Assembly (NCBI GenBank): GCA_030390025.1
Contig: CM059432.1
Coordinates: 97,838,001 to 97,902,000, forward strand
Length of the DNA stretch: 64,000 nt
Direction of reading: 5' to 3'
DNA from: Squalus acanthias
Taxonomy: Eukaryota
This document shows, piece by piece, positions 23,098-35,308 of the stretch (positions within the stretch are counted from its first letter, which is position 1; every line of letters begins with the position of its first letter). Below the pieces are notes generated by a model that was not told the DNA's origin, did not search any database, and worked only from the letters and a program-made list of their open reading frames with translations. Made by a program: the position numbers and the translations under genes.

Positions 23098-24918
23098 ATT
23101 AAACCCGAGATCCCCGTAGCTCATCACATCCCCATCATTCCATCCCTGTCGCAGGCCATATCACAGTGCTAAGCTGAAATGAGAAACACCACAAAATAAT
23201 TCAAACTGAATTAATAAATTTATCAATAATCAGTGAACACATATTTAAAATATTAACTATTCACCCTTGTGCAATCCCTTGGTGCCTGTCATTACAGTGC
23301 CTTTGCCTACTCTAGTGCTCCTACGAAGTGTTGGTCCAGTGGCTGCAGCAGGGCTGGTGGAAGGCTGCTGACTGTCCATGCGGGAGACTTCAGATGGCCT
23401 TGCAGGACGCCCTCGATCAGCTCTGGGCCTGGAAGGCCTGGCTGTAGACTGCACCACCTCAGCATGGGTGGCACCAGTCTGGGCTGGCTGGAGGACAGGC
23501 AGTGGCAAGGGCAATGGCAGAGTGGCAGTGGTGGGAGCACTGATTGCTGGCCTGCTGCGACACTGTGAAAGCCCCGGTCGATGGTGGTAGACCCAGTCAG
23601 CAGTCAGAGCTTGCGTGGCATCAAGCTGAGGCGGCATGAGAGCTGTCTGAGATTGGATGCCACCAAGCATAGACTGCATTACAGCACTAAGACATTGCGT
23701 TGCTTCCACCTGTGCTGCAATGGAAGCTGCCAGTCACCCATCACACGCAGCATCAAGTCTGGGTTGCCACGTTCTCTCTGGGAGACCACCATCCTTTGCA
23801 GACTGGAAATGATGGGCTCCATGGTGCGCGCAGAGCTCTGTGCAATGTTGGAGGCGGACTGCTCCACGCTCCTTATCATTGCCGAGAGGCTCTCGGGCAC
23901 CCTTGCCATTACACCTATCATCTCCGTGTGCATGCCCATCACCCTTCTGCTAAACACCTCTCCATAGAGGTCCTCATCTGAGTCCTGTGCCGCAGAACTG
24001 GTGCGCGAAATCACCCTCCGGGGAGCTGAATCCCGAGCTACCCTTTCCCCCTGGCCTTGCTGCAGCCCGCTCGTTCCCGGTGCATCACCCTGTGCAGATC
24101 CCGCTACTATACTAGCCTCTAAAGAATGTGTAGTGCCAGTATCTGAGCTGGTGCCTGCGGGTGAGACATGCAGTGATGTGGTATCTTCTTCCTCCTCCTC
24201 TTCTCCCGCCTCGCTCTCTACCGTGCCCTCATGGACAGGCTTCTCAGGTGCTTGCTGATTATCTGAAAGCATAAAGGCACAAGAGTCGGGTTAAGTTGAG
24301 GGGAGGGGGCAGGAAGGGAGAAATGCATGGAGACGGCATGATTAGCTGGAAAGCGCGAAACGCCTGTGGGGTGAGGGGGAAGTGCGATGTGAGAAGAAGG
24401 AGTAGGGATGAACATACTGTTGTTCTCCCCAATGGGGTTAACATTGCCGGTGGCCACGGCACCCACCACCTGGCGCCCAATAATCTGCAGCACTCGATTC
24501 TCCAGTGCAGGCAGTGTTTGGGTGTCGGCTTGTCCCCCGGCTGTGCGCTCGTGCTCCCTCCTGTTGTGAGCCACCTTGGCCTGCAAGAGAAAGGAAAGTG
24601 TGTGAGTGAGTGTGGAGCAATGTGTTTGGGTAATGTGCCTGCCATAGTTGAATAGCTGTCATTGTGTGCAAGGTGTGAGATGTGGGTGTGAGTGTTGGTA
24701 GGTAGAGATTGTTGGTTGGTGGGCACTGGGGGTGTGGTGCTTTAGGCAGTGTGTGAAGATTGTGGTACAGTTGGTGGTATGTAACATTTGTTGAAGGATT
24801 GACTCACCCTGACCACCTGAGTAAGGTCGTTAAATTTCTTCCTGCACTGTGTGTGGGTCCTTGGGACCACAGTGCTGCCCGAGACGTGCTGTGCTACCTC
24901 CCTCCACATGGTGCGGAA

Positions 24919-27900
24919 ACATAGAAACATAGAAACATGGAAAAAAAAGGAGCAGGAGTAGGCCATTCGGCCCTTCGAGCCTGCTCCACTATTCAATATG
25001 ATCATGGCTGATCCTCTATCTCAATACCATATTCCCGCTCTCTCCCCATAGCCCTTGACGCCTTTTGCATCTAGAAATCTATCTGTCTCTTTCTTAAATA
25101 TATTCAGTGACTTGGCCTCCACAGCCTTCTGTGGTAGAGAATTCCACAGGTTCACCACCCTCTGAGTGAAGAAATGTCTCCTCATCTCAGTCCTAAATGT
25201 CCTACCCCGTATCCTTAGACTGTGACCCCTCGTTCTGGACCCCCCAGCCAGGGGAAACACCCTCTCTGTATCCAGTCTGTCTAGCCCTGTCAGAATTTTA
25301 TATGTTTCAATGAGATCCCCTCTCATTCTTCTAAACTCTTCGTGAATACAGGCCTAGTTGACCCAATCTCTCCTCATACGACAGTCCTGCCATCCCAGGA
25401 ATCAGTCTGGTGAACCTTCGCTGCACTCCCTCTATGGCAAGTATATCCTTTCTTAGGTAAGGAGACCAAAACTGCACACAGTACTCCAGGTATGGCCTCA
25501 CCAAGGCCCTGTATAACTATAGTAAGACATCCTTGCTCCTGTACTCAAATCCTCTTGTAATGAAGGCCAACATACCATTTGTCTTCCTAACTGCTTGCTG
25601 CACCTGCATGTTTGCTTTCAGTGACTCGTGTACAAGGACACCCAGGTCCCTTTGTACATCAACATTTCCCAATCTATCACCATTTAAATAATACTCTACC
25701 TTTCTGTTTTTCCTACCGAAGTGGATAACTTCACATTTATCCACGTTATACTGTATCTGCCATGTATTTGCCCACTCACTCAACTTGTCTAAATCGCCTT
25801 GAAGCCTCTTTGCATCCTCTTCAGAACTCACAATCCCACCTAGTTTTGTGTCATCAGCAAACTTGAAAATATTACATTTGGTTCCCTCATCCAAATCATT
25901 GATATATATTGTGAATAGCTGGGGCCCAAGCACTGATCCCTGCGGTATCCCACTAGTCACCGCCTGTCACCCCAAAAAAGACCCATTTATTCCTAATCTC
26001 TGTTTCCTGTCTGTTAACCAATTTTCAATCCATGCCAGTATATTACACCCAATCCCATGTGCTTTAATTTTGCACACTAACCTCTTCTGTGGGACTTTAT
26101 CAAAGGCCTTCTGAAAGTCCAAATACACCACATCCGCTGGTTCTCCCTTATCTATTCTACCAGTTACATCCTCAAAAAACTCCAGTAAGTTTGTCAAACA
26201 TGATTCCCTTTCATAAATCCATGTTGACTTTGTCTAATTCCGTTGATATTTTCTAAGTGTCCTGTTATCACATCCTTTATAATAGACTCTAGCATTTTCC
26301 CTACTACTGATGTTAGGCTAACCGGTCTCTAGTTCCCTGTTTTCTCTCCCTCCTTTTTTAAATAGTGGGGTTAAATTTGCCACCCTCCAACCTGCAGGAA
26401 CCGTTCCATAATCTATTGAATTTTGGAAGGTGACAACCAATGCATCCACTATTTCCATGGCTACCTCTTTTAGTACTCTGGGATGCAGATTATCAGGCCC
26501 TGGGGATTCATCAGCTTTCAGTCCCATTAATTTCTCCAGCACTATTTTTTTATTAATACTAATTTCCTTTAATTCCTCCTTCTCACTAGACTCTTGGGGG
26601 GGAAAAATTCGGTTGCTTTGTGTCTCCTATTAGCGCCCTAAGAGGGTGCTAATGGGGCGCAAAACAACTAGCGCCCGGGCATGGCGATGTTTGCACCGCT
26701 CGCGAAATTGACCAGACATTTTGCAGCGGCGTTAAACACTACCGCCACGATCTCCTGTGCACGCAGATCGTGACTTCAACGCCCCGGTAGCGCCCCGGAC
26801 CGGATATTGACTGGCGCCCCCTGCCATTCTGCCTGCCGCTAGCAACGACAGGTTGAGGGGAATGTTTTGCAGTCGGGAAGGGACTGGGGGAGTTCTATTT
26901 AAAGGGGGCCGCTTCCTGCCTTTTTTTGTCAGCGAGATTTTTGCACCACGCATTCTGAGAGAGAGAGAGAGAGACTTCTGGAGAAATTCAACGCTGTGTG
27001 AATGAGTTTTGGGTACTGAGCAGCACTTTGCAGGTTCATTTTGATTTGACCTTCCTTGCATCGATTTAGAAGAGACTAGGGGTCTGCACTGTGAGCTCTT
27101 TCCCTGGGCCTCTCCATTGTTCTTTCCAGCAGAATTGATGTACAGGTCTCTCCAGGCTGAGATTCAAGGCTGCAATGAGCAGGATGTGGATGGAGAACAA
27201 GATCGACCCTCCCCTTTAAGAACTGGCTGGCGCCAGTGTGTCTGTGTTCCATTGCTGACTGACATCACCTGAGCTTCGCCAGCGCTCTGAGGTAGCGCCT
27301 CGCTCCTCGGCGTTAGCGCTTTAATGGAAGTGTGTCGTGCCTGATTTAGCGCTCCAGTCACCTCCAGGGGCGATAGAAGCCAAGTTTGCAGTCGGAGGCG
27401 ATAATTAGCGCCAGGCACTAAACTTTGCGCCCGGCCGATAATTGCGCCCCAAATGGGGCGATACCGAATTTCTCCACCTTGGTTCCTGAGCATTTCTGGG
27501 AAGTTATTTGTGTCCTCTACTGTGAAGACAGAACCAAAGTATTTGTTTAATTGCTCAGCCATTTCCTTCTTCCCCATTATAAATTCTCCCGTTTCTGACT
27601 GTAAGGGACCTACATTTGTCTTCACTAATCTTTTTCTTTTTACATACTTGTAGAAGCTTTTACAGTCCACTTTTATGTTCCTTGCAAGTTTACTCTCATA
27701 CTCTATTTTTCCCCTCTTAATCAATCTCTTGGTCCTTTTTTGCTGAATTCTAAACTGCTCCCAATCCTCAGGCTTGCTACTTTTTCTGGCAACTTTATAT
27801 GACTCCTCTTTGGATCTAATACTATCCTTAATTTCTTTTGTTAGCCATGGTTGGGCCGCTTTTCCTTTTGTGTTTTTGCGCCAGAAAGGAATGTATAACT

Positions 27901-28232
27901 GTTGCAATTCATGCATTCGTTCCTTAAATGTTAGCCATTGCCTATCCATCGTCATGCCTTTTAATGAAGTTCCCCAATCTATCATAGCCAACTCCCTCCT
28001 CATACCTTCATAGTTTCCTTTCTTGACCCTAGTTTTGGATTGGACTACTTCACTTTCCAACTTAGTAACTTATCATGTTATGGTCACTCTTCCCTAAAGG
28101 ACCGCGCACAACAAGATTATTAATTAACCCCTTCTCATTGCACAATACCCAATCTAGGATAGCCTGTTCCCTAGTTGGCTCCTCAATTTACTGGTCTAAA
28201 AAACCATCTCGTACACACTCCAGGAATTCATC
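24919..28232 (-). mobile_element. CR1/HER1 LINE (5' truncated ORF2, decayed)
   Basis: ORFs 25021-25326, 25517-25960, 25967-26197, 26318-26542 and 27164-28060 encode CR1 RT pieces; (TTTCTATG)n tail at ~24919. Confidence 0.95.
26597..27478 (-). mobile_element. MITE family M copy 3 (inverted, more diverged), inserted in CR1
   Basis: Reverse-complement homolog of 6810-7705; ends GGGGGGAAAAATTC / GAATTTCTCCACC; probable TSD TTG; the CR1 sequence rejoins across it. Confidence 0.9.
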
Positions 28233-29572
28233 AAGACTTGCGGCGAGGGCCTCCTGCCACTAGCTGGGTAGAGATCCGCCCACCTTCTCTCCACTGTGAA
28301 GACCAATGCCTCCAATGCCTCATTGCTGAATCTGTGGGCTCTCTCCCTGGGGCATGGATGTGCCATCAGTGCAGCTTCTTGAGTCGTCCGGCTCCTTCTA
28401 CTTGGCCTGCTTGTGCTTGCTGAGGCAGCTGCACAGCCAGCAATGCTAAGAATGAGCTTCTGCAGCATCATTGAACCTCCCCTTTAAAAACTGGAAAGAG
28501 CCTGTGGCAATGATGACTTGTGATTAGACTGCACCTGATATTGATCAGCGCTTCAAGTTTAAAGCCACTGAGCTAGGTCATTAGCATTTGATTTAACACT
28601 CCAATCCTTTCTTTGTGCAATGAGACTGAATTTTGCATGTAGTCTGAATCATTAGCGCCTGGCACTAATTCTCAAACTTTTCTAAAGTTAGCACCCATTC
28701 CTGGGCTATAATGCATTTCTCCCCCATTATCTTCCCATTCATCAAGCTCACTCATTTGGACTACAATATTTAATTTTCACTATGACTGTATAAGTAAGGA
28801 AGGCTGCAGGAGGCCTTCATTACTGACTTTAACAAGGCCTTAACAAGCAAAAATCTACCATTTTACTTACTTGTTGCTGGTTTAAAAAAAAATATTAATT
28901 TGGAAAAGAAGGAATCATTAGACTAGTTCTAAACATGAATGTGTAGTCTGTTATCATTGGCTACTGATATTGCACAACTCCATATCTACATTTTCATTAA
29001 AATGATTGAATATGGAATATATGGCACTGGGTCATTCATTATATTATCTAACATGGAGTACAGTTCATTTGCTATATCAAATAAGAACTTAATGAAAGCC
29101 ATTAAATCTAGTCTCTGTTTTATTACTTTAATGGTAGACAGAGAAATATTCATTTAATATGAATTGATTGGAGACATTGGAAGGTTATGAAATTCTTACA
29201 GTAGTAAATACTTTTCTCTTCAAGATTTTGAATTAATTTATAGTCTGATGTCCAAAGCACTTTGCCCTCTATAGTGATTGAAGAACAACTAATTGAGGTC
29301 TATAAAATCCCCATCTGATTAGATAAGTAATTTTTATTGGCTTTTTCATCGTAATAAGTCAGTTAATGAATCTTTTCAACATGCTTATCTCCTAGAGCAA
29401 TTTATCTGTCATAAAAATCACACAGGGTATATTTAAGAATGATATCTAAGAGGCTCAAATATGCATAGCTTTATTGTTTTAAATATTATTCCCAAAACTA
29501 AAATAATTAAATAATGTAAGCCATTAGTGTGTTTAAATGTGAAATATAAGGTCATCTTGAATAAAATATTTT

Positions 29573-29724
29573 GGGTGAAACTTTGAACTTTAGCGGAGGG
29601 AGTAAAACGGACAATAGCTGCTCAGCCATCCAACATACACCAAGAAATATCGGGCAGGGTGTATAACAGGTGGCCGATCGCTATCATCCGTTTTACTCCA
29701 CTGCCGATGTTGAAAGTTATGCCC
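29573..29724. mobile_element. Short fold-back MITE (152 bp)
   Basis: Arms pair along almost the whole length (GGAGTAAAACGGA/TCCGTTTTACTCC; ATACACC/GGTGTAT); flanked by TTT on both sides. Confidence 0.75.
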
Positions 29725-29860
29725 TTTGTATTTGAATTTATAATGGTAATGATTAGTGCACAGTGAATTACTAGACTAAATAACAAGCCTGCAAATTATA
29801 ACTTAAAAAAAACATTCCGAGTCTTCTAAGCCTTGCAAAATGTTCATCTTTTAATGTCAT

Positions 29861-30046
29861 GGAGGCGATTTTTCAACTGCCTGATGCCTGTTTCTCAACA
29901 GTAAAATGGGCAGCTCACCAGCCGCATTAACAGGAGACCTGTACCCAAAAATGATGCGGGCCTCCCAACACCGGCTTTTGGAAGGGTTGGCGTGACCCCT
30001 CTGCCAACTTCATGCCCATTTTGAGTGAACGCTGAAGATCACCTCC
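29861..30046. mobile_element. Short MITE-like element
   Basis: Imperfect TIRs GGAGGCGATTTTTCAAC / GCTGAAGATCACCTCC; GC-rich interior in an AT-rich context. Confidence 0.5.
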
Positions 30047-31344
30047 ACATTTGCTCGATAGTCATGCCACCAGCAGAAAAAGATAATAAACAAACACCCA
30101 ACATATGTGGTGTATGTATGTCTATGTGTATGGGGAGGGAAAGTTAAGTATTGGTTCTGAGACCATTTATCAAGAATTTGGAGTATTTGATGGAGCAATT
30201 ATAAAATGTCTGGTGGAGAAAGCTTTGGAGGTTCATCAGAAGAAATGGCTGTAGAATTGACAGAATGCTTCCACATTACTATTCGCTGATGACTGGATGA
30301 CTGGTCCTTAGCTTTCTCATGAAATATAGGTTGTTGACTTATGAGCAAAAAGAGGGTTAGGGACTCTTTAAGAGACTTTGATGTCTTGATCTGGTGTATT
30401 CAGAGTAAGTACATTAGATACTTCAGCAGTAGTAGCAAAGGCAGTACAGCTATAAAGCTCAACTGTGACAATGAATGTGATCGGTTTGATTTAGATTCTA
30501 TTTAAGCATTTAACTTTATTGTGACTTGCTCACCATCCATACAGTTTATATTAATTATCTCCTTGTTTATTACTTTTCACATCATCATTCAGAGTTTTTC
30601 GGTTCTTGGAAAGATGTATAGTTAGGTCAGCCTTGGTCTAATCCTTCCACTATCATCAGAGCGTTGTGACGATAATACACTCCCTTTGACCTCCGCCCTT
30701 GCATTTGGGTTTTCAACAGATCGAAGGGTACTTTTCGAAGAGCAACCGACAAATATGACCAAAATACACAAATTTTCTCATCCTCATTTCCCTCATGGTG
30801 CTCGTCAACCTGTTGCCCTTATTTTGTACAGTACCAACTGGGAGGAGAGACTGTACTTGCATTGTTGCTAATTTAGTGGCAAAACCTTCATTTGCATTTA
30901 CATAGCTGAACCAGCAAATAGAATATAGATCACAAGTTAGACCCGGCAGCACCAGAGAAAGAAACACAATTTCAAGGAATAAAGTTAGAAATCAAAGAGA
31001 GCAACCAAGAGTTGGAGATGTATGATAGAATCAAACATCAAGACTGAAACAGCCAGACATGTGATGAATCAGGTGCCCAACACTCCTGCCTTCACTAACT
31101 TTAGCAACAAGTAGACATGAGTAAACAGTGGTGTAATGACAGGCCAGATGTGCTAACAGATCATGTCTAGCGAGGATTGCTATAAACATTCTTTGCTTGT
31201 TAAGGCCTTCAATGATGAAGTCATGGAGCATTCCACAGCTGCACAGCCGGATCAGAAAATGAATGTTCTGCTTCAGCTCAGGCTTGGAATTGGTGAACTT
31301 TATGAAAGGGAAGATTTGAAAATATCACCACAGCAGAGAATGAA

Positions 31345-32398
31345 ATGAACATTCCAGTCTTGGAGGCAGTGCAGAGAAGAGACACAGGGCTGATCCCTAC
31401 ACCAATAACTTCCACGGGGGTTCACTTGATGTCCTGCCATATCTTCGGCAGAAACCATGGAGAATCAGTGTAAGCAGCCATTTATGCTGTTTGCCCAGGG
31501 TTTCTGACAAAGTGACGGTGGGACTTCAGGAACCCTTAGGAACCCTAATTTTACTCCCTAAGGTCAGGGGGCTGAGTAATAGGAAATGTGGGCTTTTAAG
31601 CCTAGTAAAAAGCCATCTGAAAGCTCATCTTATAGAGATATATATGATAGTTAAGGGTATGGAAAAGGTTAATCTATAATACTACTTTAAATTAAACTAT
31701 AGGAGTAGGACAAGATGACACATGTTTAAACTAGTAAATCACAATTTTTGGACTCATATTAGGAGATTCTTCTTCACCGAGAGTGATCAAGGTTGTAATG
31801 GACTCCCATCCAGGACAAAGCAGCCCGTTTGATTGGCACCCCATCCACCACCTTAAACATTCACTCCCTCCACCACCGGCGTACCATGGCTGCAGTGTGT
31901 ACCATTTACAAGATGCACTGCAGCAACTCACCAAGGCTTCTTCGGCAGCACCTCCCAAACCCACGACCTCTTCCACCTAGAAGGACAAGGGCAGCAGGCG
32001 CATGGGAACACCACCACCTCCAAGTTCCCCTCCAAGTCACACACTATCCTGATTTAGAAGTATATCACCGATTCTTCATCGTCGCTGGGTCAAAATCCTG
32101 GAACTCCCTCCCTAACAGCACTGTGGGAGTACCTTCACCACACGGACTGCAGCGGTTCAAGAAGGCGGCTCACCACCACCTTCTCAAGGGCAACTAGGGA
32201 TGGTCAATAAATGCTGGCATTGCCAGCGACGCCCAGATCCCACGAGTGAATAAAAAAAAAGATAAAGTGGTGGGCAAAATCCCTGGAAACATTTAACAAA
32301 ACAAATAGATGCAGGGTCGCTGTACAGTCTTTCTGGGTGGATGATTTATGATGGGCTGAATGGCCTTGCTCATCCGTAAGCAGCTTATGATCTTGTGA
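31345..32398 (+). mobile_element. Old CR1 3' remnant interrupted by two insertions
   Basis: LEAVQRR..., HLIEIYMIVKGMEKV, FFTERVIKV, and terminal ATGGGCTGAATGGCC...CTTATGATCTTGTG. Confidence 0.65.
31798..32260 (+). mobile_element. CR1-superfamily (Zenon-like) LINE 3' end
   Basis: LNIHSLHHRRTMAAVCTIYKMHC...KSWNSLP...FKKAAHHHLLKGN; ends GAATAAAAAAAAA. Confidence 0.8.
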
Positions 32399-32687
32399 AG
32401 CTAAGGGGACATTTTCCCACTGGAGGTGGGTTGGAGGCGGGTTTCGGTTTGGGTGGGTTCCAAACCCGCCTCCACTGAAAGGTTTGAAAAAATTGCGATT
32501 TTCCCCTGAGTGGCCACTTGATTTCAGAGGTGTGGGTTGCTCTTGGTCAATTAGTGTTTTGGGACTGAAAGTCGCCTCTGCTGACATCACTTTTCCAGCC
32601 TCATTTAAGGGCTGCTTGCTGCTTTGGATCATTCCACTGGATTTCTGTCAATGCTGCACCACCTGCAACATATTTTGAGAAACCACT

Positions 32688-32880
32688 ATGTCCAATTCCA
32701 AGGCAAGGGCCACCCCGATATTCTCAGATAAAGCGCTGCAAATGTTGGTTGAGGGGGTGAGAGCTAGCAGGGAGGTGCTCTTCCCTCATCTGGGAGGAAG
32801 AGGCCTCCCAAAGAAACCAAGGCTGTGTGAGTCCAGCTGGCAAGGGATATAACCTCCAGATCTGTGTGCAGATTGGGTGA
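32688..32880 (+). pseudogene. Myb/SANT partner N-terminal remnant
   Basis: MSNSKARATPIFSDKALQMLVEGVRASREVLFP. Confidence 0.75.
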
Positions 32881-33113
32881 ATGTTTATGTGTATTGATGA
32901 AATGCCATCCCTGTTGGAAAGCATTAAAATGATTTGATGGCAAAATGTTGGCGTGATGGCATCTGTTCTTTCACCGTAGGAAGCTCCACATTGCGGGCTC
33001 CACGACACTTGCGTTGTCAGGTTGGTGGCTAGAGTGAAAGGAGGCCAGAGAGTCATGTCCATTGTCTATGATGTCTTAAGATGGAGCCAAGGACATGTGC
33101 CAACTTGGGCAAC

Positions 33114-34374
33114 CTATGCAAATCTGGCCAGGATAAGTTCATCCCTTGCATCACGGGCAGCCGTGTGCTCGCGTGCTGTTGCTGCTGCTGGTCGTTAGAA
33201 CGGCGCTTGGTCCTCCTCCTGCTCCTCATCCTCTTCCTCCTCCTCATCCTCATCCTCATCCTCCTCCTCCTCCTCCTCCTCATCCTCATCTGAGGAGGCC
33301 TGGAACTGAGCCAATTGCTCATCAGGAAGCTGCAAGCCACGATGCTGTGTGATGTTGTGCAGTGCACAGCAGACCACGACCATTCTGGAGACCCTGTATG
33401 GTGTACACTGCAGTGCTCCAACTGATTGATCAAGGCATCAGAAGCGCATCTTCAACAACCCAATAGTTTGCTCGATGATGGACCTGGTCAAAGTGTGGCT
33501 GGTGTTGTAGCGCTCTTCAGCCTCGTTAGCTGGCCTCCTGATCGGCGTCATTAGCCACTTCTTCAGGGGGTAGCCTTTGTCACCAAGGAGCCATCCGTTA
33601 AGTTGGTTTGGTGGATTGAAAAGCAGAGGAACACTAGAGTGCTGCAGGATGAAAGAGTCATGGCAACTACCACAGAACTTGGCGCAAACATGCAAGAACT
33701 CCTTGTGGTTACACACAAGCTGTACGTTGAGGGAGTGGAAGACCGTGCGGTTGACAAAGATAGCTGGGTTGTGATGGGGTGCCCTAAGGGCCATATGTGT
33801 GCAGTCTATGATGCCCTGCACCATTGGCAAGCCTGCCATATTTGCAAAGCCAACCAAACGCGCGGTTATAGTTGCTTGATCCCTTGAGAACTGGATGTAA
33901 TTGTGCGCCTTTGCGAAAAGGGCATCGGTAACCTGCGTGATGCAACTGTGGGCAGCCGACTGGGAGATGCCGCTGATGTCTACTGATGATCCCTGGAAGG
34001 AGCCTGAGGCAAAAAAGTTGAGTGCGGTGGTGACTTTGAGAGCCACTGGTAAGGGGTGTCCACCCGTTCCTCTGGGCACTAGGTCTTGCTGCAGCAGTCC
34101 ACAGATTTCTCGGACAACCTCTCGCGAAAGTCTCAGCCTCCTTTGGCTGCTCACTCATGTTGAGGTAGCTCATCCTCTGTCTGTAAACCCTCTGTCAGGG
34201 GTATCTCCTGTGGCGAGGTGCCTCGATGCGCTGGTGCCTTCTGCCCTGTGCAGCATCAGGTGGCTGAGCAGGAGGTTGTCGCTCCTGCTGCTGAGCTGCC
34301 TGGTTCTGCTGCTGCCGTGGATGCTCCTCATCCGAATCTGAGGTCCATGGTGAAAGGAAATAAATGGTTCCCAT
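33114..34374 (-). pseudogene. HARBI1-like transposase with an uninterrupted 238-aa catalytic core (33438-34154)
   Basis: GIIDCTH, GSCHDS, LLGDKGY and [15 protein letters not shown]; frameshifts near the N-terminus and a stop after KMRF; CALHNI plus poly-D/E tail. Confidence 0.93.
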
Positions 34375-35109
34375 GCTGCTTGCAGATGCCTCCATTGGGG
34401 AAGCGCTCATTCCAAGCGGGGAGAGGGTCTTCCAAGCAGGTCCCACAGTTGATAGATAGAAGCTGCAGCACCTCCGACTTCGGAAGGCCTGCTAAAAGTG
34501 CTGAAAGATCTTTTAAAGCAAAGTTCTGCCACCTGCAACTAATCCCTGATGAAAGCTCCGTTTTAATGGTGGAGCTGCAGCTGTGAGGAGGCCACCCACT
34601 TGTCAACTCGCCAGGTTTAGCTGGCGTGGTTTAGGAGGGTCGTGGAACATGCTGAAAATGTCGAAAAATAACGAGGGCCTCTCAAAATAGGATTAGAGAG
34701 GCCCTTAATGACCATTTAAGGCTCTTAATAACCTCTCTGGCCTGCTGGAAGCACACTGAAAAACCGGCACCGGCAAAATCGCGCGGAGGTGGGTTGGAGG
34801 CGGGTTCCGAACCCGCACTCATTTTTTGCGATTTTCCTGCCTCCTCCGCCTCCAAACCTGCCTCCTCGGGGCTGAGAAAATCGCCCCCTAAGTGTCCTAA
34901 AAAATGTAACTGAGGTAACTGAAGTATGAAAGTGTATGTAATATGAAAGTCCATGAATGTGCATGAGGTTTGTTTGCTATGAATCACATGTGCAGTCAGT
35001 TAATCAAGATGGTAACTGCAGAAAGCTATTGGAATGAGTGACACTTTATACATTTGCTCTTTTCATTCTGAATACCTGAAGAAAAATTCAACTCCGAGTT
35101 GAATTATTC

Positions 35110-35308
35110 AGATCTCTATTGCCTATTGGGTAAGATCTCTATTGCCTATTGGGTAAGATCTCTATTGCCTATTGGGTAAGATCTCTATTGCCTATTGGGT
35201 AAGATCTCTATTGCCTATTGGGTAAGATCTCTATTGCCTATTGGGTAAGATCTCTATTGCCTATTGGGTAAGATCTCTATTGCCTATTGGGTAAGATCTC
35301 TATTGCCT
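35110..35308. repeat. Perfect 23-bp minisatellite (AGATCTCTATTGCCTATTGGGTA) x8 plus 15 bp
   Basis: Read directly; identical units with no spacers. Confidence 0.97.

Larger units (their letters stand above)
23257..28366 (-). pseudogene. Harbinger Myb/SANT partner gene of copy C: exon 1 28366-28233 + 24918-24808, exon 2 24580-24418, exon 3 24262-23257
   Basis: MAHPCPRERAHRFSNEALEALV...PSPQV|FRTMWREVAQHVS...QCRKKFNDLTQVVR; donors GTGAGT and GTATGT, pyrimidine-CAG acceptors; exon 2 AKVAHNRREHERTAGG. Confidence 0.88.
21456..28725. mobile_element. PIF/Harbinger transposon copy C (both ends present), containing a CR1 that itself contains a MITE
   Basis: TIRs GGAGGAAAAATT / CATTTCTCCCCC; TSD ATT (21453-21455, 28726-28728); transposase on + convergent with a 3-exon Myb gene on -. 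Confidence 0.9.
32405..34888. mobile_element. PIF/Harbinger transposon copy D (2.5 kb; Myb gene largely deleted)
   Basis: TIRs GGGGACATTTTC / GAAAATCGCCCCC; TSD TAA (32402-32404, 34889-34891); GGAGGCGGGTT-type subterminal repeats at both ends. Confidence 0.9.

Noticed and set aside
27164..28060. 298-aa ORF with a novel C-terminus
   Set aside because: CR1 ORF2 reading through into the inserted MITE.
30900..31348. Purine-rich coding-like stretch
   Set aside because: Frames are interrupted and no domain is recognisable; cannot be assigned.
35110..35308. CRISPR-like array
   Set aside because: Units are contiguous and identical with no spacers; no cas genes; eukaryotic context.
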